Origin: an uncultured Chloroflexia bacterium
GTDB lineage: Bacteria; Chloroflexota; Chloroflexia; QHBQ01; JADMIH01
Assembly (NCBI GenBank): GCA_963797095.1
Contig: CAWCNY010000007.1
Span: 64,001 to 128,000 of the forward strand
Length of the DNA stretch: 64,000 nucleotides
Direction: 5' to 3'
How positions within the stretch are numbered: the stretch's first letter is position 1; each line of letters opens with the position of its first letter. Shown piece by piece: positions 48,580-58,519 of the stretch. Under the pieces are notes generated by a model. It was not told the DNA's origin. It made no database searches and saw only the letters and a program-made list of their open reading frames with translations. The translations under genes and the position numbers were made by a program.

Positions 48580-50336
48580 CGCCCTTCCGCCACCTCAGGC
48601 GCAACCTCCGCCCCGGTGCCCTGCTCCCCACGCACCTCCATCAGCGCATCGCACAACTCATACTGCTCTGCCTTCGAGGCGGCCTCATACGCCTTCTTCC
48701 ACTCCTCCGCCCCCCGTTCAGGGTCCAGCCTCGCGGCATGGTACACCGCCTCCGCGATAGCAGCCTGGTTGCCCGCTTTATACCGCTTCCGGTAATAGGC
48801 TTCCATCGCCTCGTCCGCCTCCCGCACCAACTTATCGTCGTGCTCGTACAGCAGCCGTCTCAGCAGCCCGTGTATGCGGTACAAGCCCCGCCCCTCCCCC
48901 TGCTGTATCCGCGTCACAAACGAATACTCCGTCAATCTATTGAACCTCGGCATCTCCGCCTTGAAGTGCAGCTTCTCCCCTAGCCACTCATAAATCCCAT
49001 AGTCAAACACCCTGCAAACGCTCAGCGCCCTGATCGCATACTCCTCCGTCTCGTCCGTGTACCTCAACAGCTTGTGGATCAACGCCTGCTCCTTGCTGTC
49101 CAGCACAGGCGCTTCCCTGAAATCGCGCGCCCCCAACCTCTCCCCGCGCCCCTCGGCCAGCTTAACCACGTCGGCGCTCATGCCAAGCAGCAGTGGGTGC
49201 ACCTCCCCCTTCGCCGCGCTCGCATAGTGAATGATCGCCCCCCTCAACACACCATCCCCGATCCCTCTCTTGCTCAAATAATCGAGCGCATCCGCCCCCG
49301 AAAAGAGATTCACAGGCACCACATCCAGGTACTCAGGCGTGATCCTGTACTGGGGTGCTTCGGGCCACCGTAGCTGGTTCCGCCCCGCCAGCACCACCAC
49401 GATCCCCCTCTCCAGCGCGATCTTCCGCAACAGTCGCCGCAGCCACTCGTCCGCCTTGAACAGGTCGTATCCAGTCGAATGCCTCTCCTGGCTGTACAGC
49501 GTCTCCAGCGTATCGAAGAACAGCACGATCCGCGCAGGCGCATCCGCCCGCGCCATCATCTCGTTCAAATCCTCCGCGAATAGCGCGGGCAACTCATTGT
49601 ACAGTTGCTTCCCCGGCCCCGCGTCCAGCACCCCCAATCTCCTGGCGGTCGCCGCGTCCACCCCCCGCCCCTGCAAATAGAGTGTTATCCTCTCCTCGAT
49701 GCTAAGGTGCTTCCCAGCCACCCCCATCGCCTTCCGCACCACCTCGATCACATCCAGCACAGGCTTCACCACCGGGTTATCGGCAAACAACCCCACCAGC
49801 GTAGTAATAAACTCGATCTCCTCACTTGGGAAAAGCTGTTTGATCCTCTCAGGCTGGAACCTGTTGTTCTTCAGCAGATACAGCACGCCCGCGTAATCGA
49901 ACCTCGGGAAGCGCACCCCCTGACTCCCCAGCGCCCGCCGCAGCATGAATAGCGCCGAAAACAACTCCTTGGGATTGTCCTCCCCATGCGGTGGCGCATC
50001 GAAATCGAGGAATGAGGTCACGATCCGCCTGCGTCTATCCTCAGGCGCGCTCCTGAACAGCCTGATCAGCCTCTCGTAAGTCTCGTGCTCAATACTGACC
50101 TCACCCCGCGCCACCTCCGGCACAACCTTACAGAAAGTGCCATACAGCATATTGAGCAACTGCGTCTTCCCGTTCCCACCATCCCCAGGGAAATAGAGAA
50201 TGCGCTTCACAGGCGGCTCGGCATAAATATAAGCCAGGAACCTCCGGATCAACTGGGCGCGGTCGGTAAACCACTGCAAAGATTGCGTACCATCCGCAAC
50301 CCCATCCTCCCGCCCCAACTCATCCTCTATAGGCAT
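48576..50336 (-). CDS. P-loop NTPase (STAND-like), possibly C-terminally truncated
   Basis: FTDR, Walker A GDGGNGKT, Walker B VLFFDTLE, LAGR sensor, HPLLL, YRIHGLLR winged helix, EAVYH. Confidence 0.75.
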   Translation of the reverse strand: MPIEDELGREDGVADGTQSLQWFTDRAQLIRRFLAYIYAEPPVKRILYFPGDGGNGKTQLLNMLYGTFCKVVPEVARGEVSIEHETYERLIRLFRSAPEDRRRRIVTSFLDFDAPPHGEDNPKELFSALFMLRRALGSQGVRFPRFDYAGVLYLLKNNRFQPERIKQLFPSEEIEFITTLVGLFADNPVVKPVLDVIEVVRKAMGVAGKHLSIEERITLYLQGRGVDAATARRLGVLDAGPGKQLYNELPALFAEDLNEMMARADAPARIVLFFDTLETLYSQERHSTGYDLFKADEWLRRLLRKIALERGIVVVLAGRNQLRWPEAPQYRITPEYLDVVPVNLFSGADALDYLSKRGIGDGVLRGAIIHYASAAKGEVHPLLLGMSADVVKLAEGRGERLGARDFREAPVLDSKEQALIHKLLRYTDETEEYAIRALSVCRVFDYGIYEWLGEKLHFKAEMPRFNRLTEYSFVTRIQQGEGRGLYRIHGLLRRLLYEHDDKLVREADEAMEAYYRKRYKAGNQAAIAEAVYHAARLDPERGAEEWKKAYEAASKAEQYELCDALMEVRGEQGTGAEVAPEVAEGR

Positions 50337-50401
50337 CGTACCGTCCTACCTCTCCCCATCCTCAAGAAACGCCCTCCCTGAGCCCAAACAAAACCCCGCC
50401 T

Positions 50402-50629
50402 AAGTATACCCAATACACCCCACCCGACGACACCCGCACCATCACCGAAATCCGCACCGACCTCCTAGCCTTCGCAGACCTCCCAGCCATCCAGCTACAG
50501 GACCTAGACGGCACCATCTACACAGTAAAAGTGACCGCCTACACAGAACAACTGCTAGAACCCTACAACTCAACCCACCCGGAAGGGGGCTGGCTAGCAA
50601 CCATAGAGCTATCCCAAACCGAAGAATAA
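50402..50629 (+). pseudogene. 3' remnant of a probable phage structural protein
   Basis: Manual translation DDTRTITEIRTDLLAFADLPAIQLQDLDGTIYTVKVTAYTEQLLEPY...GGWLATIELSQTEE*; no start codon. Confidence 0.4.
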
Positions 50630-50664
50630 CCCAACCCAGAACCAAATCCCAGAAACAAGCAACT

Positions 50665-50722
50665 AGGAACCTGGAACCTGGAACCTGGAACTTCCGACTA
50701 TCGACTACCCACTACCCACTAC
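50665..50722. repeat. Composite heptamer array (GGAACCT)x3-4 + (CCGACTA/CCCACTA)x4
   Basis: Directly visible. Confidence 0.85.
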
Positions 50723-50741
50723 CAAGAAAGGAGGTGATCCC

Positions 50742-51062
50742 ATGAACCCAGACGACCAAACTACACCGAACGACCGCGTAGCCGCTGCCGGAGCCCAGGC
50801 TGCACAGGCAATAGCACGCTAGCGCGACCTCGTAGCATCGTCCCCCGGCATAGTCGCAGGCATGGTACAGGGCAGCACCATCGAAGAGATAGACGCCTCG
50901 GCAGAACAAGCTCGCCACGCCTACGACGAAATCAGCCGCCAGGTAGCTCAATCCTACGAGCACACAATCCCAGCGGCCAACCCGGCCCGCTCCGCCCAAA
51001 CCCAAGGAGCCGAAACCCTCAAGCCCGAAGCCAAAATAGCCCTGGGCCTTCGTAAGTTCTAA
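50742..51062 (+). pseudogene. Putative capsid scaffold protein with in-frame TAG at 50820
   Basis: AAGGAGGT RBS; MNPDD...AIAR*RDLV...GSTIEEIDAS...PEAKIALGL; position before capsid gene. Confidence 0.6.
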
Positions 51063-51192
51063 GTTTCTGGTTCCTGGTTCCTGGTTCCTGGTTGATCAAT
51101 ACCTAAACCAAAACAGGACACCAGCAACATCCACCTACCAGGAACCAAAACGGGAAATGTGGAACTTGGAACTTGGAACTTGGAACTTGGAA
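51063..51192. repeat. Heptamer inverted array (GGTTCCT)n ... (GGAACTT)n
   Basis: Directly visible; abuts IS end. Confidence 0.85.
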
Positions 51193-51195
51193 CAG

Positions 51196-52033
51196 TCGTT
51201 TCGCTCATTTTCATGGCGGTTTGACGGAACCAGTAACCAGCTTGGTATAGATGTCGGGTGAGGAGCCGGCCAAGTCCAAGATGCGGGTTTGTAAGTGGGA
51301 AAGTGGGGTTAGGTGGCGCAACACTGCTCCAGCATGATCAATAATTGTCAGCGTCAGCCCACGGAAGCTCTCCAGTATGCGCTCAGTGGTCGGGCGGCTC
51401 GTTGTGGCCTTGCGCTGTCCAGCATACAACCCCGCCAACTCTGTCCCCTCCTGCGCCAGGTGTCCGCGCACCACAAACTCCAGCAGCGCCAACACCCGCA
51501 CCCCCAGGCTCAACAGTCGCACCAACCCTCTGGCGTGGTCGTCACGCTGCGGATAGAAGGGGCTCAAACTCAGTGGCGCCCCCTTCAAGCTCAGTGGCGC
51601 CCCCTTCAAGCGGCCAAAGCTCTGCTCGATGCGGTACTCTTCCCGATAGCACAGCACCGCCGCTTCCAGTGACAACTCCTGTGCCCCTCGGTTGGTTGCG
51701 TACACTCGCCAGCCCAAACCGGCACTTGTTCGCCCAAGCGCCTCCTCATCCACTCCCACATTGATGCTGAAGTCCCATTCTCTCTCGACACGCGGTTCTC
51801 TCCCTTTGTAGGTGCGCACTTGCCGCTGCTGCCACTGCTCCGTCAGTTGCACGTCCAACAAGCCGACTACGCGGTAATGCTCCAGGACCGCACCCGTCAC
51901 CTGTTCAAGGGCCGCCTTGTCGGCTGGCCTCTTTTTGCCGCGTCGCCGCCCGTTCAGTGCCATAAGCTCCGCCTGTGCCGCCGCAAGCCGCTTGCGCAAC
52001 CCTTGCAGAGCGTTTTTGGCAGCACTGATAGAG
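51196..52033 (-). mobile_element. IS1634-family transposase, 3' remnant
   Basis: GWRVYATN, YREEYRIEQSFGRLK, RPTTERILESF, LSHLQTRILDL; 5' part missing; boundaries approximate. Confidence 0.8.
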
Positions 52034-52882
52034 GACATGCTCGTGCGCGGCCTAGTCGAAACCATCATCGAAGAATCCGCCGCCCTCCGCTATCTCCCCT
52101 TCGTGCAGATAGTGGGCAACTCCCTCCGCTACAACCAGGAGGTCACCCTCGGCTCGGTCGACTTCTACGCGGTGGGCGACACCTGGGCCGAGTCCGCCAT
52201 GATCACCACTGAAATGACCGCCCAGCTTGCCATCCTGGGAGGCGACGCCGATGTCGACGCCTTCCTCCAGCAAACCTACTCCGACCCCAAGGACCTGCGC
52301 GCCCTCGTGATCGCCGCCAGGGCCAAGGCGCTAGCCCACACCTTCAGCGACACATTCTTCAACGGCGCCACCTCCGACGACCCCGATAGCTTCGACGGCC
52401 TCAAGGTCCTCTCAGCGGGCGCTCGCACCATCTCCAAAGGCGACGACGGCGCGGTGCTCGCCCTCGACCACCTCGACGAGTTGATCGACATGGTCAAGCC
52501 GGGCATGCCCCACGTCCTCTTTACAAGCAAGCGCATCCGCCGCAAGCTATCCAGCCTCCGGCGTGCTTCAGGCTCCGTCCTCGAAACCTCTACTGGCGCC
52601 TTCGGGAGGCGCGTCCTCACCTACGACGGTATCCCCGTCGAGGTAGACGACCACATCGCCGACGACGAAGTCAAAGGCGAAAGCGAAGACTGCTCCTCGA
52701 TCTACGCGGTGCAGTTCGGCTTCCAGACCGGCCTCTGCGGCCTCGAAAGCGGCGGCATCCAGGTCCAACCCCTGGGCGCTCTCGAAACCAAAGACGCTTG
52801 GCGCACCCGCATCAAATGGTACTGCGGCCTCGCCCTCTTCCGCGACATAGCCCTGGCCCGCCTCGAAGGCGTAAGGGTATAA
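52034..52882 (+). pseudogene. Major capsid protein, 5' end replaced by IS sequence
   Basis: DMLVRGLVETII...LPFVQIVGNSLRYN, ILGGDADVDAF, FDGL, YDGIPV, SIYAVQFG, RIKWYCGLA, ARLEGV. Confidence 0.85.
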
Positions 52883-52950
52883 CTTTCGCTCTATTCGAGC
52901 AACACCTGGCAGGCTGCGCCAGGCGTTACTCGACCCCAAAGGAGCTTCCA

Positions 52951-53328
52951 ATGGACAACTTCCTCAACGGCCTCACCCTCCTCGGCATCCCCGCCATCCT
53001 GCTCGTGCCTCTCATCGTGCAGGCCATGAAAATGCTCGGCCTCCCCGGCCGATGGGCGGGCGTAGCCTCCATAGCAACCGGCCTGCTCGTAGCCGCCCTC
53101 ATAGAGGCGGTCGCCGCATGGCCCGGCGTCACACCCATAGTGCGCGTGCTCGTAACAGGCATCCTGCTCGGCCTCGCCGCCTCAGGCTCCTACAGCCAGT
53201 ACCGCACCCTCTACCGCACCCTCACACAATCTCGCACCACCCCAGCGGTCAGGGCCCATCTCCGTGATGGGTCCCCGCCTCCACCAGCTCCCTGGCGCGC
53301 TGAGCAGCGAACCTGCCCAACGACCTAA
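52951..53328 (+). CDS. Holin-like membrane protein
   Basis: AAGGAG RBS; three TMs ending GILLGLAASGSY; tail overlaps ppa by 80 nt, suggesting lost native stop. Confidence 0.7.
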   Translation: MDNFLNGLTLLGIPAILLVPLIVQAMKMLGLPGRWAGVASIATGLLVAALIEAVAAWPGVTPIVRVLVTGILLGLAASGSYSQYRTLYRTLTQSRTTPAVRAHLRDGSPPPPAPWRAEQRTCPTT

Positions 53329-53833
53329 ACTTCTTCCCCTCGTACTCGTTATAGGACGCAAAGAAATGCTCGATTTCCTCAAGCATAGCATCGTTCAACT
53401 GGTGGATCGACCCGACACCCTCGTATGTGTGGCTCTCGGAGGCCACCGCCACCAGCCGGTCATTTCGTATCACTGTCCCGTCAACCTCGGTCTGCTCGGC
53501 CTCGATAACCCCGATCAGCCGCGCTTGCACAAGGCACCCCGGAAAGGCAGGCTCGTCCATCAAAATCAGCACATCCAGGGGATCGCCGTCCCCCCCAACT
53601 GTATTGGGCACAAATCCGAAATCGAACGGAAACACGGCTCCGGCAGGCAACACCTTCCTAAGCTTGAAGATGCCTAATTCCTCATCCCGATTGAACTTGT
53701 TCCTGCTTCCCTTCGGCGTCTCGATGATCGCGTTGATCAGAGTTCGGCCCTCGCCAGCCGCACCTTCCCCCAACAACGGCGACAGGCGGCTATACACGCC
53801 ACCACTTTGCTTGCGCATTTGCTGCTCAGGCAT
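53249..53833 (-). CDS. ppa: Inorganic pyrophosphatase family I
   Basis: IETPKGSRNK, FGFVPNT, DGDPLDVL, IEHFF. Confidence 0.92.
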   Translation of the reverse strand: MPEQQMRKQSGGVYSRLSPLLGEGAAGEGRTLINAIIETPKGSRNKFNRDEELGIFKLRKVLPAGAVFPFDFGFVPNTVGGDGDPLDVLILMDEPAFPGCLVQARLIGVIEAEQTEVDGTVIRNDRLVAVASESHTYEGVGSIHQLNDAMLEEIEHFFASYNEYEGKKFRSLGRFAAQRARELVEAGTHHGDGP

Positions 53834-53905
53834 AGCTCACCTCCTATCAAATAATGAGGCAACCATTGCACTTTGCATGCCGCGCCCGCTAAGGAAAAGC
53901 CAATG

Positions 53906-54715
53906 CTAAAACCAGAACTGCGTCCAGGCCGACCACCAATCCTCGGCCGTCGACACCACCAGACGAGGCTCCGGCACCTCTACCCCGTGCTTGTGCCTGT
54001 AAGGCTCGGCGCGGTCGGGCGAGGCCAGCTCAATCCTGATCTCACAAGGCTTGCCCGGATTATAGGGGCGTACGTCCGGCCTCTCCTGAATAGCCCTTCT
54101 CGCCCCCGCCTCGATCAGGGCGCGAGCCCGCTGTGGCGCTATATGCCGTGCCGTATACCTGCCCAAACCCTCTTTCACCGCCACCGTGACCAGATTCTCA
54201 CCCAGCAACTCGCTCGCCTCCGCGCAGGTAGCCTGGTCGCCCGTCACCATCAACACCGGGCATCCCCACGTCCCGCACAGCGCCGCGTTGATCCCCGTCT
54301 CGCCCACCACCGTCCCGTTGAACCACAGATTATGCCATGCCTCGCTCGAAACCGTGTGGCTCAGCACCCCGAACCGCGTCCCGGCCCGTGCGTGCATCCC
54401 CACAAAGAGCGCCGCGTCGCACCCCTCCTCAAGCGCGCCCGTATATCCCGTCCATCTCTCCTGTACCACATACTCGCAGCCAGGATCGAGCATCTCATGC
54501 ACCAGCGAATTGAACGACCAACCTCCGCCGGCCCCGTGGCAGTCCATCACCACGATCTCGTTAGCCCCACCGGCCCGCGCCCCACGCACCGCCGCGTTGA
54601 TCTCTTCCGTATACAGCTTGCGGCACTCTTCGTACATCGGGTCGCCCCCTGTCACCTGCTGCCACTTGACGATACCCGCCACCCCTTCCATATCGCTGAT
54701 GATAATTACCCGCAT
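53906..54715 (-). CDS. M55 family D-aminopeptidase (DppA-like)
   Basis: ISDMEGVAG, DCHG, GMHA, LSHT, GETGIN, TGD. Confidence 0.92.
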   Translation of the reverse strand: MRVIIISDMEGVAGIVKWQQVTGGDPMYEECRKLYTEEINAAVRGARAGGANEIVVMDCHGAGGGWSFNSLVHEMLDPGCEYVVQERWTGYTGALEEGCDAALFVGMHARAGTRFGVLSHTVSSEAWHNLWFNGTVVGETGINAALCGTWGCPVLMVTGDQATCAEASELLGENLVTVAVKEGLGRYTARHIAPQRARALIEAGARRAIQERPDVRPYNPGKPCEIRIELASPDRAEPYRHKHGVEVPEPRLVVSTAEDWWSAWTQFWF

Positions 54716-54727
54716 CCTATCGTCCTC

Positions 54728-55261
54728 CTACTCTGCGTACCCAACAGCGCCCTGCAAACCCTTCAGAGTCGACACCTCGCCACAAATATTATCCGCATGC
54801 CCGGCCAGATACCGTGCTATCACCCATCGCCGGGCCACAGGCTCCATCCCGAAGCTAGACAGATCCAATACCTCGTCCAGGTCGTCAACCGTCAAACCCG
54901 CCAGGTATTCATCCGAAGCCTGGTACACCGCCTGCGCATATTCTCGAAACACCGGCAAATCGACCCGAACACGTCGCATCCAGGCCCTGTAATCCTCCGG
55001 CTCGGTCGGGGGCAATGGGTGCGGCTCGCTGGCTCCCAGCTTATCCTTCCAGGTGGTCGCGCCCAGCATCTCTGTGCCGCGCAAAAGCTGCTGCACAATA
55101 GAATCCTCAGACTGCACAAGGTGGATGTAATTTGCCCCAATCGGCGTGGCGATCCCTGGAGGTATCCAGTGCGCCAATTCGTCCGTAACGTCGGCCATGG
55201 TCTCCTCAAGATACTCATGGGCCGCCTTCAACTGCTCTCTAAGCAAAGAAACGCTGTCCAT
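54728..55261 (-). CDS. DinB family protein
   Basis: LEETMADVTDE, YIHLVQSED, GHADNICGEVS. Confidence 0.8.
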   Translation of the reverse strand: MDSVSLLREQLKAAHEYLEETMADVTDELAHWIPPGIATPIGANYIHLVQSEDSIVQQLLRGTEMLGATTWKDKLGASEPHPLPPTEPEDYRAWMRRVRVDLPVFREYAQAVYQASDEYLAGLTVDDLDEVLDLSSFGMEPVARRWVIARYLAGHADNICGEVSTLKGLQGAVGYAE

Positions 55262-55390
55262 ATTCTTGGCCCTCTCTCCCCATAATTCGCGCTACACCTT
55301 CTGAATTCACCGTGCCGCATTATAGCACTCCCCCAATTCTATTGATAGATATGTTAGGATGAATACAGGGTCCCATCACAAAGGAAAGGA

Positions 55391-56488
55391 ATGAGTAACC
55401 ACATTGTCCCATCTCAATTAGCAACCGCTCCAAAAGAATACGAGCGTCTCGGCATGAAGAAAGGTCTTATCGAAGAGTGGGAAGATGGCATCCGCACCGG
55501 CGGAGTGAAAGGCACCTATGAATGGTGGTACTTCGATGCCCACCTGAACGATGCCTCCAAAGTTGTAATTGTCTTCTACACCAAGAACCTCATAGATGTA
55601 GGCAAACCTCTTGCTCCTTATATCGCCTTCACGCTTGACCGTCCGGATGGCACCCATTTCGAAAAGGAATACCATGCTCCCACTCAATCTTTCTCAGCCT
55701 CCAAAGAGACATGCGATGTTCGCATAGGTCCCAATGTCTTCAAAGGCGACCTGCACTCTTATGAAGTCCATCTCCAGATGGAAGGCCTCACCTGTAACAT
55801 CACGCTCAAAGGCACCGTGCCGCCCTGGCGACCTGAAACCGGCTATCTTCTCTTCGGTGAGCGCTTCGAACACTACTTTGCATGGCTTCCTGCTGTGCCC
55901 CAGGGCGAGGTCGAGGCCACCATCATCATTGACGGCAAAAGTGAGCACTTTACCGGCATAGGCTACCACGACCATAATTGGGGCAACGTATCTCTGGTCA
56001 AACTCATGCATCACTGGTACTGGGCACGTGGCAAAATCGGCGACTACACCGTGATCGCCTCCTATATAACAGCCGAGAAACGATATGGCTACAAAACCTT
56101 CCCCGTGTTCATGCTCGCCCATAACGGCAAGATCATCGCCGACGACGCCGGTCAGGTGCATTTTTCCGCCAGCGATACTCAGTCAGACAAACAAACCGGC
56201 AAGCCCGTCGCTAACGTGCTCGTCTACGATTACAACGATGGGGGCATCCGTTACCTACTCACCTTCAAGCGCAAGAACACCATCCTCCGTATGAAGCTCA
56301 TCGATGGCATACGCGGCATCAGAAGGCCGTTGGCCCAATTAATCGGCTTCGACGGCTTATTCTTGCGCTTCACCGGCGATCTTGCGATTGACCACTATGA
56401 GGAAGGCAAGCTAGTCACATCTGAGCATGAAGAAGCGATCTGGGAGCTTATGTACTTGGGACATGTCCCTAAAGCGCGAGCTGTCTAG
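55391..56488 (+). CDS. CrtC/AttH-like (hydroxyneurosporene synthase-like) protein
   Basis: YEWWYFDA, GYHDHNWG, WYWARG; lower GC than neighbours. Confidence 0.8.
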   Translation: MSNHIVPSQLATAPKEYERLGMKKGLIEEWEDGIRTGGVKGTYEWWYFDAHLNDASKVVIVFYTKNLIDVGKPLAPYIAFTLDRPDGTHFEKEYHAPTQSFSASKETCDVRIGPNVFKGDLHSYEVHLQMEGLTCNITLKGTVPPWRPETGYLLFGERFEHYFAWLPAVPQGEVEATIIIDGKSEHFTGIGYHDHNWGNVSLVKLMHHWYWARGKIGDYTVIASYITAEKRYGYKTFPVFMLAHNGKIIADDAGQVHFSASDTQSDKQTGKPVANVLVYDYNDGGIRYLLTFKRKNTILRMKLIDGIRGIRRPLAQLIGFDGLFLRFTGDLAIDHYEEGKLVTSEHEEAIWELMYLGHVPKARAV

Positions 56489-56577
56489 CAAATGGGGATG
56501 CCAGGTGCACCCTTGCAGAGGGAGCCGGGATGTCCCGAAACTGAAAGTAGGGTACAGAGTTATGGTTTATTATAGTA

Positions 56578-57363
56578 ATGGTCAAAATCATGGAAGATGA
56601 ACTCTTCATAGTGTTCGGCGGGGGATGCTTCGGCACCCACCACACCCACCACATAGAAAAAGGCCGGGCACGGGGCCGTATCTCCCCCAACTCGCGTATC
56701 ATAATGGTCGACCGCAACGCCCACCCGCCCGCCCTCGACCTACCGGAGATCGCCCAGAACCGACACCTCACCTACCTACGGAGCGACTGGCTAGACTACA
56801 TGAAATCGGCCTGGGACACCCTCCCACCCAACGCACAGGCCATCCCTGCCCCCGTCGCCCCTCACCTCGCGTTCGACTGGATGGTGTGGAGCGTCCAACA
56901 GCGCCTGGGCGAACACGCCATCTCCGTAGAGCCGATGGAGCACAACTTCGGCGGCCTCCCCTACGAATACCTCGCCCCGGCAGGTGTCCGCTACATCTCC
57001 GCCGCCAACTGGATATGCCCAACCAACTGCCGCGCTCCGCATATCTGCCCCATGATCCGCGATGTGCGCACCTGGGAACTGGCCGACACAGTCAATGCCT
57101 ACGCCCAGTCCCACGCCGAAAGCACCGCCGCCGCCATCGTTCTCCAACCTCGCTTTCGCGTCCCCGGCGTCGATACCCTCCGCGTCCATGAGTACACCGA
57201 GGCCCGCGACCGCATCCTCACCCTCGCCTCCCAACCCGAAATGGCGGGCAAAGAGATAGTGGTCGCCACCGTCTCACCCTGCCACGGCGCGGTCAGCCTC
57301 CTCAAGATCGGCGCTAAAGCTGCTTTAGCCGAACAGCAAGCACATACTTCAAGGGCGGTGTAA
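56578..57363 (+). CDS. Uncharacterised Rossmann-like protein with Cys cluster
   Basis: VFGGGCFG, MVDRN, CPTNCRAPHICP, SPCHG. Confidence 0.75.
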   Translation: MVKIMEDELFIVFGGGCFGTHHTHHIEKGRARGRISPNSRIIMVDRNAHPPALDLPEIAQNRHLTYLRSDWLDYMKSAWDTLPPNAQAIPAPVAPHLAFDWMVWSVQQRLGEHAISVEPMEHNFGGLPYEYLAPAGVRYISAANWICPTNCRAPHICPMIRDVRTWELADTVNAYAQSHAESTAAAIVLQPRFRVPGVDTLRVHEYTEARDRILTLASQPEMAGKEIVVATVSPCHGAVSLLKIGAKAALAEQQAHTSRAV

Positions 57364-57365
57364 CC

Positions 57366-58175
57366 ATGTTCAACAAAGTACAGGGCTTCTACGATAACGA
57401 CGTGCAGCGGGAATGGGAGCGATTGGAGCGTCACAGGACCGAATTCGCCGTGACTATGCAGGCCCTGCGCGAGTACCTGCCTCCTCCACCCGCGCGTATC
57501 CTGGACATCGGAGGCGGGCCGGGGCGCTATTCGATCGCGCTCACGCAGCAGGGCTATCACGTTACGCTGTTCGATCTCTCGCCGGGCCTGCTATCCTTCG
57601 CCCAGTCAAAGGCAACGGAGCAAGGGGTTCAGATCGACGACTACATACAGGGCAACGCCCTTGACCTGAGCCACTTCGCCGACCACAGCTTCGATGCCGT
57701 GCTCCTGATGGGCCCGCTCTACCACCTGACTTACCTTGAAGATCGGCAAAAGGCGGTACGTGAAGCCCACAGGGTACTAAAACCCGGCGGCATGATTTTT
57801 GCCGCCTTCATCACTCGCTACGCTGGCGTGCGCTGGTCGGCCAAATATATGCCAACCTGGATATCGGATCACGCCTACGAGCTTGAGAAACTATTGATTG
57901 AGGGTAAGAACCTGCCACCGCCCGGAGCCAAGTTCATCAACTCCTATTTTGCCCACCCGTCCGAGATAAGGCCATTGATGCAAGAAGAAGGCTTCGCCAC
58001 CGTCAGCGCCATAGCCTGTGAAGGCGTGATAAGCATGATCGATGAAGAGATAAACACCTTCGAGGGCGAGCTATGGGAAACCTGGGTTGACCTCAACTAT
58101 CTCCTGGGCAAAGACCCCACCGTGCACGGAGCCGCCGAGCACATACTCTACGTGGGCAAAGCCCAATCCGGCTAA
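57366..58175 (+). CDS. Class I SAM methyltransferase
   Basis: EWERL, ILDIGGGPGRY, FDAVLLMGPLYHL. Confidence 0.92.
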   Translation: MFNKVQGFYDNDVQREWERLERHRTEFAVTMQALREYLPPPPARILDIGGGPGRYSIALTQQGYHVTLFDLSPGLLSFAQSKATEQGVQIDDYIQGNALDLSHFADHSFDAVLLMGPLYHLTYLEDRQKAVREAHRVLKPGGMIFAAFITRYAGVRWSAKYMPTWISDHAYELEKLLIEGKNLPPPGAKFINSYFAHPSEIRPLMQEEGFATVSAIACEGVISMIDEEINTFEGELWETWVDLNYLLGKDPTVHGAAEHILYVGKAQSG

Positions 58176-58241
58176 ATACATCTCAAGCCCGATCACAACC
58201 AACCCCTCCAACGCTATACTACACAAGACATCCTTCCGAAA

Positions 58242-58307
58242 ACTCGCCACTCGCCACTCGCCACTCGCCACTCGCCACTCGCCACTCGCCACTCGCCACT
58301 CGCCACT
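58242..58307. repeat. Heptamer array (ACTCGCC)x9
   Basis: Directly visible. Confidence 0.95.
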
Positions 58308-58310
58308 ATA

Positions 58311-58478
58311 ATGACCATGTTCATGATTCGCACTCGCACATAACAGCGGCAAAGCTCCAACCGCTGACACATACCTGAGCTAGCTGTCCAGGGCCGCGAC
58401 TAGCCGCACGGCCCGCCTGCTTTGCCGCGTTACAACCATAACACCCTCGGCCTCGTGCCGCTGGGGTTATGGTTTTTT
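58311..58478 (+). promoter_or_regulatory. Putative leader-peptide transcription attenuator
   Basis: uORF MTMFMIRTRT* 58311-58343, alternative stems, terminator aaccataac...gttatggtt plus T run. Confidence 0.65.
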
Positions 58479-58519
58479 GTTTGGTCAACGCGGCTACCGG
58501 TCAGCAAAGGAGCAACCCC

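Noticed and set aside
50820-50822. Programmed amber readthrough or pyrrolysine in scaffold gene
   Set aside because: Neighbouring module genes are damaged and TAG is a normal stop for many genes here; nonsense mutation is simpler
51917-52033. ORF-track N-terminus of the capsid (MSAGLFLPRRR...)
   Set aside because: It is the antisense strand of the transposase remnant
52034-52882. Encapsulin nanocompartment
   Set aside because: Terminase, scaffold and holin context indicates a DNA-packaging capsid; no adjacent cargo enzyme
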